A DNA stretch of 14,871 nucleotides, taken from contig PLCF01000086.1 in the NCBI GenBank assembly GCA_003135555.1, positions 1-14,871 on the forward strand, given 5' to 3'. The stretch comes from Vulcanimicrobiota bacterium. GTDB lineage: Bacteria > Vulcanimicrobiota > Vulcanimicrobiia > Vulcanimicrobiales > Vulcanimicrobiaceae. The position numbers and the translations under genes are program-made. The notes below the pieces were generated by a model. It was not told where the DNA came from. It did no database searches and was given only the letters and a program-made list of their open reading frames with translations. Below, in pieces: positions 1-7,830 of the stretch (position 1 is its first letter; each line of letters starts with the position of its first letter).

Positions 1-350
1 TGCAAGTTCTTGCGGTCGTCCGCCGACGTGATGTCCGACGCGCCTTCGACCGCGAGGGTGCGAATGCGCTGCAGAATGTCCGTCGTCGTCTGAAGCGCGC
101 CCTCGGCGACCTGCGCCGCGTTCGTCGCATCTTGGACGTTACGCGAGGCTTGGTCGAAGCCGTTGACTTGCGCTTGCAGCGATTCGGCGATCGCGAGGCC
201 CGACGGATCGTCCGCCGCGGTGTTGATACGCAGACCGCTCGACAGCCGCGTTACTGCGGTGTGGAGCGCGCTCTGGTTTTGGTTGAGATTGAGGCTTGCG
301 CTGTTCGCTAACAGGTTGTTAGCGATGGAAAGCCCACCAATGCCCGGCAT
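1..350 (-). CDS. fliC: Flagellin, N-terminal part (truncated by window edge)
   Basis: Not in the ORF track; translated by hand from ATG at 350: MPGIGGLSIANNLLANSASLNLNQNQSALHTAVTRLSSGLRINTAADDPSGLAIAESLQAQVNGFDQASRNVQDATNAAQVAEGALQTTTDILQRIRTLAVEGASD..., with the flagellin_N motif RLSSGLRINxAADD. SD GGAGGA 5 nt upstream. Confidence 0.95.
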   Translation of the reverse strand, partial: MPGIGGLSIANNLLANSASLNLNQNQSALHTAVTRLSSGLRINTAADDPSGLAIAESLQAQVNGFDQASRNVQDATNAAQVAEGALQTTTDILQRIRTLAVEGASDITSADDRKNL

Positions 351-412
351 GTGTTTCCTCCATGATCACACGTGTGTGGGAGACGGCGCTTCCTAAACCG
401 TCCTGTACAGTG
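351..412 (-). promoter_or_regulatory. Flagellin 5' leader with putative CsrA-binding GGA motifs
   Basis: Minus strand has ACAGGA (401-406), TAGGA (391-395) and ATGGAGGA (356-363) overlapping the SD. csrA and fliW lie directly upstream. Confidence 0.65.
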
Positions 413-440
413 TGTTCGGCGCACGCCGTCGGGACTTTAG
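413..440 (-). promoter_or_regulatory. sigma28 (FliA/SigD)-type promoter of flagellin
   Basis: Minus strand cTAAA-N15-GCCGAACA (-35 at 436-439, -10 at 413-420), close to the TAAA-N15-GCCGATAA consensus. Confidence 0.8.
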
Positions 441-703
441 TCTTTGGCGACCGCGCGGCGGCCTTTGCCCAGGTCGGCGACCTTCGCGCCCTCCGCGGCC
501 GCGGGCTTCGCAGTCGGCGGCTCGCCGGCTGCGGCACGGTTCGTCCGCTGAATCTCCTCGTACACCTCAGAGCGGTGTACCGGGATCGTGCGCGGCGCCT
601 CGATACCCAGCTTGACCGTGTCGCGATCAACCGCGACGACGACGATACGCACGTCGTCACCGATCATGATTGCTTGGTTGAGCTTGCGGCTGAGGACTAG
701 CAG
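437..703 (-). CDS. csrA: Carbon storage regulator CsrA (88 aa, inferred CTG start)
   Basis: Extending the 76-aa ORF 12 codons upstream gives (M)[54 protein letters not shown]..., a classical CsrA. The first codon is CTG (703-701); SD GGAGG at 713-717. Confidence 0.93.
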   Translation of the reverse strand: MLVLSRKLNQAIMIGDDVRIVVVAVDRDTVKLGIEAPRTIPVHRSEVYEEIQRTNRAAAGEPPTAKPAAAEGAKVADLGKGRRAVAKD

Positions 704-754
704 AGAGGACGCCCTCCATGGCTATGAAGGAGGAGGCCCTTCCCGGTGGCGGCC

Positions 755-1246
755 CTACGCTCCCGCCGTCGCGGCCGGAGCTTTGCGTGGAATCGGCGTT
801 TGAACCGAGTATCCGCCCGCTTCCAAGGTGACCTGGCGACCGGTGCGGGTCCGCAGATTGATGATGATGGGAGCTAACAGGTTCATCGTCATGGTGACGG
901 CACCCGGGCTCACGACCACAACGCAGAGCGTCGCGAACTCCTCGGGGCGCTGCAGGTCCAGCGAGCTGGTGGCATAGGGCGGCAGCTGCGGCGCGTAGTC
1001 GTCGAAGATCTGCCAGGGGTCGGCGGTCGGGAGCGCGATCGAGGTGTCGTCGAGGCTCTGCAGCCAGACGAAGCGTTCCCGGCCCTCGAGATAGAGCGCG
1101 ATGAAGCGGTGCAACGATGCGAACCCGGGCAAGCCCCAGGGGAACGTCAGCACCTCGGACTCGCGGTACGTGCACTCCCCGAAACGGGGAAGGTCGACGG
1201 CGATCGCTCGGTCCGGGCTCTCCACGATAGTCTCGGTATCGATCAA
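755..1246 (-). CDS. fliW: Flagellar assembly factor FliW (CsrA antagonist)
   Basis: Motifs FPxGLPGF, WLQS, DPxxxFxDY and TxNLxAPIIIN; located between flgL and csrA; TTG start with GAGG upstream. Confidence 0.93.
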   Translation of the reverse strand: MIDTETIVESPDRAIAVDLPRFGECTYRESEVLTFPWGLPGFASLHRFIALYLEGRERFVWLQSLDDTSIALPTADPWQIFDDYAPQLPPYATSSLDLQRPEEFATLCVVVVSPGAVTMTMNLLAPIIINLRTRTGRQVTLEAGGYSVQTPIPRKAPAATAGA

Positions 1247-1259
1247 TGCGGCCTCAGCC

Positions 1260-2606
1260 CTAGATATAGTCGAAGAGGGTCTTCGACTCGAGTTTTGTGG
1301 TGGTCGAGTAGGCGGCTTGGAGGGCCGTCTGCGTCTGCGAGAACTTCGACACCGCCGCGGCGACGTCGAGGTCCTCGATCGAGGACTCCGTGCTAGTATT
1401 ATCGGTCACGGCCGTCTGGAGTTGATTCTGGATCGTCCCCAGGGCCTGGATTCGCGCGCCGACGACGGACCGGGCGCTGAGCACCCCGTTCAGGACGTGG
1501 TCGATGTCGCCCAGCTGGGTCGAAACGTTCTGCACGAAATCCGCCTGGGGCGCGAGGTCGAGCACCTTGGTCAGGTTGCCGCTGTTCGCGGCCCCCGGCG
1601 AGGGGGCGTCGTTGACGAAGAACGACCCCGTCCCAGTGAGCACGACCCGCTGGGTCTTCGCGTTGAACGAGGCCGTGACGCCGGTCGTCGCGGTGGCCGC
1701 GTTGATCTTCGCGACGACGCTGGTGCCGCCGGGCGGCCCTACCCCGTCGTCGATCGCGGCACCCGGCGGCACGGTGATCGTCGCGACTCCCTGCACGCCG
1801 TTGACCGTCCCGTTGATGGTGATCGAGAAGTTGCCGCTGCTGTCCGCGACCGGCGCTGCGGCGAAGGCGTTCGGGGTTGCGAGCGTCGTCGGTGCCGGCG
1901 AGGCCGGGACGCCTTGCGGCCCGTACACGACCGCGCCGGGCCGATTGATCGCCGCCGCGCTCTGATCGACCGCGGTTTGGTTCACCAGCGTGTTGCGCAG
2001 GGCGATCAGCGTCTGGAAGACGTCGGGTGAACCGTCGGCCGACTGATAGTTGAAGGCGGCGCCGAACGTGGTCGACAGCGCGAACTGCTGGCCGTTGTAG
2101 ACGAGCTGGCCTTGCGACTGCCCGTTGCCCGAAAAGCTCACCGAGGATGTCGGATTGCCCTGCTGCTGCACCGGCGGGCCGGCGGGATTGGTGGTGCCCG
2201 CGAAGACATAGTGGCCCGCGTACGAGGTGTTGCCGACCGCAATCGCCTGCTGCAGCAACTGATCGATCTGGGCCCCCAGCGCGGTGCGCTGGTCGCTGGT
2301 CAGCGAATCGGTGGAGCCCTGCACCGCGAGCTGTCGCGCGCTCTGCAACACCGAGGTCAAGCTGCTCAGCGCGCTGTCCGTGGTGGTCAGCTCGGAGACC
2401 GCACTCTGCACGTTGGTCGCCTGCTGGTTCGTCTCGTCGATCGCGGTATGGAGCGCCAAGTCCTGCGCGATGCGCGCCGGATCGTCGCTCGGTGCGCCGA
2501 GCTTCTTCCCGCTGGAGATCTGCTGACCGATCTGCGCGTAGAGCGCCTGCTGGTCGTCGATGGCAGCCGTTTGCTGCGCATAGAGGGTCGAGGTTGCGAT
2601 GCGCAT
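1260..2606 (-). CDS. flgL: Hook-associated protein 3 FlgL (448 aa)
   Basis: MRIAT...QISSGKK...PSDDP, YVFAG, C-terminal IEDLDVAAAV...QTALQAAY...TLFDYI; directly follows flgK. Confidence 0.93.
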   Translation of the reverse strand: MRIATSTLYAQQTAAIDDQQALYAQIGQQISSGKKLGAPSDDPARIAQDLALHTAIDETNQQATNVQSAVSELTTTDSALSSLTSVLQSARQLAVQGSTDSLTSDQRTALGAQIDQLLQQAIAVGNTSYAGHYVFAGTTNPAGPPVQQQGNPTSSVSFSGNGQSQGQLVYNGQQFALSTTFGAAFNYQSADGSPDVFQTLIALRNTLVNQTAVDQSAAAINRPGAVVYGPQGVPASPAPTTLATPNAFAAAPVADSSGNFSITINGTVNGVQGVATITVPPGAAIDDGVGPPGGTSVVAKINAATATTGVTASFNAKTQRVVLTGTGSFFVNDAPSPGAANSGNLTKVLDLAPQADFVQNVSTQLGDIDHVLNGVLSARSVVGARIQALGTIQNQLQTAVTDNTSTESSIEDLDVAAAVSKFSQTQTALQAAYSTTTKLESKTLFDYI

Positions 2607-2609
2607 GCG

Positions 2610-4745
2610 CTATCCTCCCGGGATCAGCCCGAGCGCGGTCGTGAGGAGCTGCTCCAGAACGCTCATCGTCTTGGCGGCCGCCGCGTAAGAGTTCTGGAAC
2701 TTGATGAGGTTCTGCGTCTCTTCGTCCAGGTTGATCCCGTCGATCCCCTGGCGCACCTTGTCGATGTTCGCCGCGAGCGTCGTCTGCGCGGTGTTGCCCG
2801 TGGTCGCGGTTTGCGTGTCCTGGCCTAGCCGCCCGATTAGGCTGCCGTAAAACGCGCCCAGCGTCGTCGCCGGCGTCGTCGTGATGGCGAAGTTCGCCGC
2901 GTGTGTTTGCGCTGCGGTGAAGGTGATGGCGCCCGTGATGCGATTGACGCCGGTCACCACCACGTTCTCCTGGGTCGGCGTTCCGGCGCCGATCGTGAGC
3001 AGCTGGCCGACGTCGACCTGCGCGAACGCGGCGGGATTCCCGACCGGCGGCGCGATCGTCGACACGCCTGGAGCCACGATCGCGGTCGGCGAGGTCGTCT
3101 GCAGTGCCGGCGTGCCGGCGTTGCGCGAGAAGACCTTGAGCAGTGCGTTGGCGGCGCCGTTGTCGCCGGCGCCGAAGGCGTTGGCCGCGCCCTGCGTGAC
3201 GCCGCCGATCGCCGCTGCGCCCAGGATCTCGAGCAGCGAGGTGCTCGGCGTGCCCTGCGACCCGCCTGCGGGCGCGTTGGAGTCGCCGATCGTGAAGTCG
3301 GGAGTTGTCGGGTTGGCGCCTTGCAGCGCGCGGTGCGTCGCTCCGGTGTTGCCGGGATCGCGGGCGAAGACCATCTTCTGGGCGACGGCGTCGAAGCTCG
3401 CGCTGACGCCCAGCTGCGCGGCGTTGAAGTTCGCGACGAAGGCGTCGACGGTGGCGGCGTTTCCGGCCGGTCCGAAATCGTAGTTGAACGTCTGGGCGAC
3501 GCCGTCGACCGACACGGTCAGCGTTCCGGTCGTCGGGCCGCCGGCCGCGCCGGGGTGCGCGAACGTCGCGTTCGTCTGCACGCCGGCGGCGGTGTTGATG
3601 ACGGTGTTCGCGGCGTTGATCCCGACGGTTAGCGAGCCCGCAGCGGTCGACGCGAGCGCGGCGGAAAGTTGGGCCGGATCGGTGATTCCGACCGTGATGT
3701 TGGTCGCGCCGATCGCCTGCCCCGCCACGACCGGGGCGAACAGTGCGGCACCGGGGTTGCCGTTCTGATCGTAGCCGGCAGCTGTGACCCGATCGACCTC
3801 GTTTGCGACCGCGCCGGCGAACGCGTCGAGCTTGCGGCCGTAGGGCGTCAACTTGGCGTTATAGATGTCGAGGTAGCCGCCGAGCTGTCCGCTCCCGACC
3901 TGCACCGGCACCGGGTTGGCCGGGTTGGGGTCGCCCACAAAGCCGATCACCAGCGTCGCGTTTCCGGACGCGTCGGTCCCGACGACCGGCGGCGCCAAGT
4001 GATACGCCTGCGTGTCGTTGACCAGCGCGCGTCCGCCGACGGTCACCAGCGTCGACCCGTTGGCCTGCATGGCCGTCTGGGTGGAGAGCAAGGTCGAGAG
4101 CTGGTCGACGTACCCGTCGCGCTGGTCCTGATAGGTGTTCGGGTTGTCGCCGACGGCCTTCGAGGCGCGGATCTGCCCGTTGAGCGCTGCGATCTTGTCG
4201 ATGAGCGTGTTGGCCTGATCGACGACCGAGCTCGCCTGCGAGATGACCGACGATTGGGCCGTCTGCACGGCGGTACCGACGCGGTTGAGCGCGGTGACGA
4301 ACGCTTGCGAGGCGGCGATGACGCCCTGACGCTCGGGAGTCCCCGTCGGGTTCGAGGCCAGCTGCGAGATCGCGGTCTGCAGGTCGGTGTAGGCTTTGTT
4401 GATCCCGTTGGTGGGCTCGCCGAACGACGACTGGATCGCCGACAGCTGCTGCTGCTCGATATCGAAATAGTTCTGCGCCGACGACGCGCCGCGGAACAGC
4501 GCGTCGTAGGAGTCCTGATGGATGCGCGTGATCGAGCTGACCAGCACGCCGTCGCCCTGCGTGCCGGGGCCGCTCCACGTGGAGTAGCCGGGCGATCCGA
4601 CGATCGGCGGCGCTTCGCTCAGGTTTGCGACCTGGCGCGAGGCACCGGGCGTGTTGACGTTCGCGATGTTGTCGGACGTCGTGTTCGCGGCTTGCTGGAA
4701 GGCGTCGACCGCGCTCCCGATCAGGTTCAATCCGAAGAAGCTCAT
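2610..4745 (-). CDS. flgK: Hook-associated protein 1 FlgK (711 aa)
   Basis: Start at ATG 4745 (ATGA overlap with upstream stop): MSFFGLN...NIANVNTPGASRQ, DQRD, C-terminal GINLDEETQNLIKFQNSYAAAAK. Confidence 0.93.
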   Translation of the reverse strand: MSFFGLNLIGSAVDAFQQAANTTSDNIANVNTPGASRQVANLSEAPPIVGSPGYSTWSGPGTQGDGVLVSSITRIHQDSYDALFRGASSAQNYFDIEQQQLSAIQSSFGEPTNGINKAYTDLQTAISQLASNPTGTPERQGVIAASQAFVTALNRVGTAVQTAQSSVISQASSVVDQANTLIDKIAALNGQIRASKAVGDNPNTYQDQRDGYVDQLSTLLSTQTAMQANGSTLVTVGGRALVNDTQAYHLAPPVVGTDASGNATLVIGFVGDPNPANPVPVQVGSGQLGGYLDIYNAKLTPYGRKLDAFAGAVANEVDRVTAAGYDQNGNPGAALFAPVVAGQAIGATNITVGITDPAQLSAALASTAAGSLTVGINAANTVINTAAGVQTNATFAHPGAAGGPTTGTLTVSVDGVAQTFNYDFGPAGNAATVDAFVANFNAAQLGVSASFDAVAQKMVFARDPGNTGATHRALQGANPTTPDFTIGDSNAPAGGSQGTPSTSLLEILGAAAIGGVTQGAANAFGAGDNGAANALLKVFSRNAGTPALQTTSPTAIVAPGVSTIAPPVGNPAAFAQVDVGQLLTIGAGTPTQENVVVTGVNRITGAITFTAAQTHAANFAITTTPATTLGAFYGSLIGRLGQDTQTATTGNTAQTTLAANIDKVRQGIDGINLDEETQNLIKFQNSYAAAAKTMSVLEQLLTTALGLIPGG

Positions 4746-5218
4746 GCTCGACGACTCACGATGACGCTCCCGTCGGGAGGCGGTACGACGCCGCGGCGCC
4801 GGTAGGTCCCGGTCTGTTCGGTTCCCGCGCGCTGCAGCACCGCGACCGTGCGCGCGAGGCGCTCCATCCCTGCGGCGATGAGCGACTTGTTGTTGGACAC
4901 GGTCATCTTGAGCGCGATGGTGCCGACCGAGATCGCGTGGGCGATCGCGAAGAGCTGCCGGCGCAGGGTGGGCGGCGCGTAGGCGCACACCTGCGGCAGC
5001 GTCAACGTGCCGAAGCCCTTGTGCTGCAATGCGATCCGCTGCGCGAACGCGGTCCCGTGAAGCAGACGCCGCGACTCGACGCGCCGTTCGGCCGCCTCGA
5101 TCGCCTCGGCGTCGTTGACGACGAGCGCATCGGTGAGCGCCAGCGCCGCCGACCCGAGCTCACCCAGCTCGCGGCTCTCCTCGGCCAGCATCTCGGCAAA
5201 GCGCTGCCACTGGCTCAT
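4742..5218 (-). CDS. flgN: FlgN-like flagellar export chaperone
   Basis: 158-aa helical-looking protein between flgM and flgK, with NNKSLI (NxxLI), late GTY and C-terminal VSRRA typical of FlgN/YvyG. The call rests substantially on synteny. Confidence 0.72.
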   Translation of the reverse strand: MSQWQRFAEMLAEESRELGELGSAALALTDALVVNDAEAIEAAERRVESRRLLHGTAFAQRIALQHKGFGTLTLPQVCAYAPPTLRRQLFAIAHAISVGTIALKMTVSNNKSLIAAGMERLARTVAVLQRAGTEQTGTYRRRGVVPPPDGSVIVSRRA

Positions 5219-5243
5219 TTTAAAGGCGCTCCGCCCGAGGCTC

Positions 5244-5369
5244 CGCGCCCCCCACGCACTTCGTGCGCGGGGCCCCCCGACGTACGCGCGCTCGCGATTG
5301 CGACTGGGCGCTGTTCCCCGAGGGCGCGCGTAACACCATTACCGGGTCTGCCGAGAACCGGGGGGCGCG
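5244..5369 (-). other. Structured intergenic element (nested inverted repeats) between flgM and flgN
   Basis: Perfect 10-bp IR 5244-5253/5360-5369, perfect 9-bp IR 5283-5291/5324-5332, hairpin 5250-5272 and imperfect hairpin 5342-5361. Confidence 0.55.
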
Positions 5370-5657
5370 CTAGAACGCCGCGGCGACGATGAGGCGGCCG
5401 AGGAGCTTCTCGACGATCTGCTCGGCGGGGACGAAGTACTGCCCCTCCGAGATCCGCCGTCCCAGCTCCGCGACGACGCCGTGCCGGTAGAACGGCTCGG
5501 CCGTCGCGGCCGCCCAAAAGGCTCCCAGCGACGTCGCTGCGTCGGACCGCTCGTACGAGTCCGCCGCGGCCGGCGCGGCCGCTCCGTTGGCCGCTTTCCG
5601 TTTGACCGTCCGATACGCAGCAACCGCGGAATTGATCTCGGCCCGCGAGATGATCAT
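5370..5657 (-). CDS. flgM: Anti-sigma28 factor FlgM (95 aa)
   Basis: From ATG 5657 (GAGG upstream): ...ADSYERSDAA...YRHGVVAELGRRISEGQYFVPAEQIVEKLL, matching the FlgM pattern RxxxVxxLxxxIxxGxYxV..I.EK; upstream of flgN-flgK. Confidence 0.85.
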   Translation of the reverse strand: MIISRAEINSAVAAYRTVKRKAANGAAAPAAADSYERSDAATSLGAFWAAATAEPFYRHGVVAELGRRISEGQYFVPAEQIVEKLLGRLIVAAAF

Positions 5658-5698
5658 GTGTGTCGACGCCTCTTTCGCACGCTTCCTTGCTACAAGGC

Positions 5699-5727
5699 GT
5701 ATCGTCGGCAAGTCCCAGGGACTTTAG
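5699..5727 (-). promoter_or_regulatory. sigma28-like promoter of flgM
   Basis: Minus strand cTAAA (5723-5726)-N16-GACGATAC (5699-5706); alternative -10 GCCGACGA at N13. Confidence 0.6.
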
Positions 5728-5747
5728 TCCTACGTTGCGGAGCCCGG

Positions 5748-6089
5748 TCACTGCGGGCGTCCTTCCGGCTGTCGCGCGGTCGGGCCCAAGGCCGGCTCGG
5801 CCAGCACCGACGCGCGCAGTTGCTGCTCCAGGATGGCGCCGATCCCGAGCGAGCCGCTCTTGGACAGCTCCTCGGCCCGCTTCTCGTCGAGCATGTCGCT
5901 GAACGTGGCTTCGGCGTTGGACGTCTTGCCGGTCAGCGAGGCGTGCGGCGCGCTCTTGCGCATCTCTTTGAAGAGCAGGTCGACGAACAGCGACTCCATC
6001 TGCTGCGCCGCCGCGTGAAGTTTTTGCATGGCCTGCTGCTGCTCGTTGGTCAACGGCGCGGCCGGCGTGCCCAGCTTCTCGAGCTCCAC
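5748..6089 (-). CDS. flgJ: FlgJ, rod-binding domain only (113 aa)
   Basis: GTG at 6089 overlaps the flgI stop (TAGTG); KLHAAAQQMESLFVDLLFKEMRKS...FSDMLDEKRAEELSKSGSLGIGAILEQQL is the Rod-binding motif; no hydrolase domain. Confidence 0.88.
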   Translation of the reverse strand: MELEKLGTPAAPLTNEQQQAMQKLHAAAQQMESLFVDLLFKEMRKSAPHASLTGKTSNAEATFSDMLDEKRAEELSKSGSLGIGAILEQQLRASVLAEPALGPTARQPEGRPQ

Positions 6090-7237
6090 TAGATGATCTC
6101 TACGTCGGCCTGAAGCGAGCCGGACTCGCGCAGCGCCTGAATGATCGCGATGAGGTCGCGCGGCGAGACGCCGATCGTGTTGAGCGCGCGCACGACCTGC
6201 GCGAGCGTGGCGGCGCCGGAGATGTAGACCAGGTGGCGGCCGGTCTCGGTCGCGGTGATCCGGGTGTTGGTCTGCGTCTGGGCCGGAGCGTTGGTGAACG
6301 GCCCGGGCGGCACGACGATGTTCTGCGTCGCGATCGTGATCGACAGGTTGCCGTGCGCGATCGCGCACGCGGCCAGCGTGATGTCGCCGCCCATGACGAC
6401 GGTTCCGGTGCGCTCGTTGACCACCACCCGCGCCAGCGCATCGGCGTTGATGCTCAGGTCGCCCGCATCGGCGAGAAAGTTCACCGGATCGCCGGCGTAG
6501 CGCGCGGGCAGGGTGACGCGGATCGTCTCGGCGTCGTTGGCGCGTGCCGTCCCGGCGCCGAAGCGGCCGTTGAGGCTCTGCGCGACGCGCGCCGCGGTCT
6601 TGAAGTCCGGCGCGGTCAGGACGTAGGAGAACCCGGCCGGATCTTGCTGGATGTTGGTGAGCATGTCCCGCGCGAGCACGGCGCCTTGCGGGATCCGTCC
6701 GGCGGTGACGTGGTTCTTCTGGATCGAATTCTGCCCGGTCTGGTCGGTCGCGTAGAAGCCGCCGACCGAGACCGCGCCCTGGGCCGTCGCGTAGACGAGG
6801 TTGTTCGCCGCGCGCAGCTCGGACAGGATGAGCGTTCCGCCCTGCAGGCTCGTCGCATCGCCGAGCGAGGAGACGGTCACGTCGACGGTGTCCCCGGAGT
6901 GCGCGAACGCGGGCAGCGAGGCGGTGACCACGACCGCGGCGACGTTGCGCGTGCGCACGTCCTGCGAGTTGGTGGACAGCCCGAACGACTGCAGCACGTT
7001 CTGAATCGTCTTCGACGTGAACAGGACCGAGGTGGAGTCGCCCGTCTGCGCCAGCCCGGTAACGATCCCGTAGCCGACGAGCTGGTTCGCGACCACGCCC
7101 TGCACCCGCGTGACGTCCTTCAGCCGCACGGGCTGGGCCGACGCGGGTGCGGCGCAGACGCCGCCCGCGAGCAGCGCCGCCACCAGGATCGCGGCCAGGT
7201 TCGTCTTCATCGTTGCGTCGCTCATCGTCTTTCGCAT
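6089..7237 (-). CDS. flgI: Flagellar P-ring protein FlgI
   Basis: Signal peptide then RLKD...NQLVGYGIVTGLAQTGD, NVAAVVVTA, GDATSLQGGTL, VVVNERTGTVVMG, DLIAIIQAL...GSLQA. Start could also be 7225 or 7210. Confidence 0.96.
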   Translation of the reverse strand: MRKTMSDATMKTNLAAILVAALLAGGVCAAPASAQPVRLKDVTRVQGVVANQLVGYGIVTGLAQTGDSTSVLFTSKTIQNVLQSFGLSTNSQDVRTRNVAAVVVTASLPAFAHSGDTVDVTVSSLGDATSLQGGTLILSELRAANNLVYATAQGAVSVGGFYATDQTGQNSIQKNHVTAGRIPQGAVLARDMLTNIQQDPAGFSYVLTAPDFKTAARVAQSLNGRFGAGTARANDAETIRVTLPARYAGDPVNFLADAGDLSINADALARVVVNERTGTVVMGGDITLAACAIAHGNLSITIATQNIVVPPGPFTNAPAQTQTNTRITATETGRHLVYISGAATLAQVVRALNTIGVSPRDLIAIIQALRESGSLQADVEII

Positions 7238-7830
7238 CAGAACAGCCAGTGGACGATCTTGGAGAGGATGCCGGGGTGGCGAGCTTCCGTGTACTTGCCG
7301 TCAAAATTCGCGTGCACGTCGGCGACGCGCGTCGAGAGCACGGTGTCCGTGTTGTCGATGTCCTCGGGGCGGATCAGCCCCGTCACATGCAGCGTCTGCT
7401 TCTGCCCGTCGACGATCAGCGCTTGATCGCCGGCGATGCGCAGCGCGCCGGACGCCAGGACGTCGGTCACCTGCGCCTGCATCGACGTCGCGAACGAGTT
7501 CGAGCCGATGTCGGAGCGGTTCTGCGACGATTGCCGCGCCGCATTGAGGTTGGAGCTCAGGCGGACCAGCGGGAGGTTGAAGATTCCCGTGCCGGAGCCG
7601 CCGCCGGCCTGATACGAGTTGTTGACGTTCGACGCGTTCTGGCTCGCGCTCGTGACCGAGAAATTGAAGATGACCTGGACCAAATCGCCGACTTGCTGCG
7701 CGCGATGGTCAGGACCGAGCCGCAGCGGATGCCCGGCCCCGGCCGACGGCGGCGGCGCCTGGTAGAGCGTGTCGGCCGCCGCCGGCGCAACGAGCGCCGC
7801 CACGAACGCGAAGGCAAGAAGTGCGCGCAT
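7237..7830 (-). CDS. flgH: Flagellar L-ring protein FlgH
   Basis: DHRAQQVGDLVQV, AQVTDVLASGALRIAG, TGLIRPEDIDNTDTVLSTRVAD, C-terminal PGILSKIVHWLF; between flgA and flgI. Confidence 0.93.
   Translation of the reverse strand: MRALLAFAFVAALVAPAAADTLYQAPPPSAGAGHPLRLGPDHRAQQVGDLVQVIFNFSVTSASQNASNVNNSYQAGGGSGTGIFNLPLVRLSSNLNAARQSSQNRSDIGSNSFATSMQAQVTDVLASGALRIAGDQALIVDGQKQTLHVTGLIRPEDIDNTDTVLSTRVADVHANFDGKYTEARHPGILSKIVHWLF

Noticed and set aside
367..376. Perfect palindrome CACACGTGTG in the flagellin leader
   Set aside because: Single short occurrence with no second copy noticed; not distinguishable from chance.
4746..4988. 81-aa N-terminal extension of FlgK in the ORF track (792 aa)
   Set aside because: Overlaps flgN in another frame and looks like off-frame sequence; FlgK similarity starts at MSFFGLN (4745).
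5215..5751. 178-aa minus-strand ORF bridging the flgJ stop and flgN start
   Set aside because: Arg/Gly-rich, overlaps the convincing flgM frame and its promoter, no recognisable motifs; long open frames are expected at this GC content.
6090..7304. 518-aa ORF suggesting a large FlgJ fusion
   Set aside because: The first 405 aa are an Arg-rich off-frame reading of flgI; only 5748-6089 resembles FlgJ.
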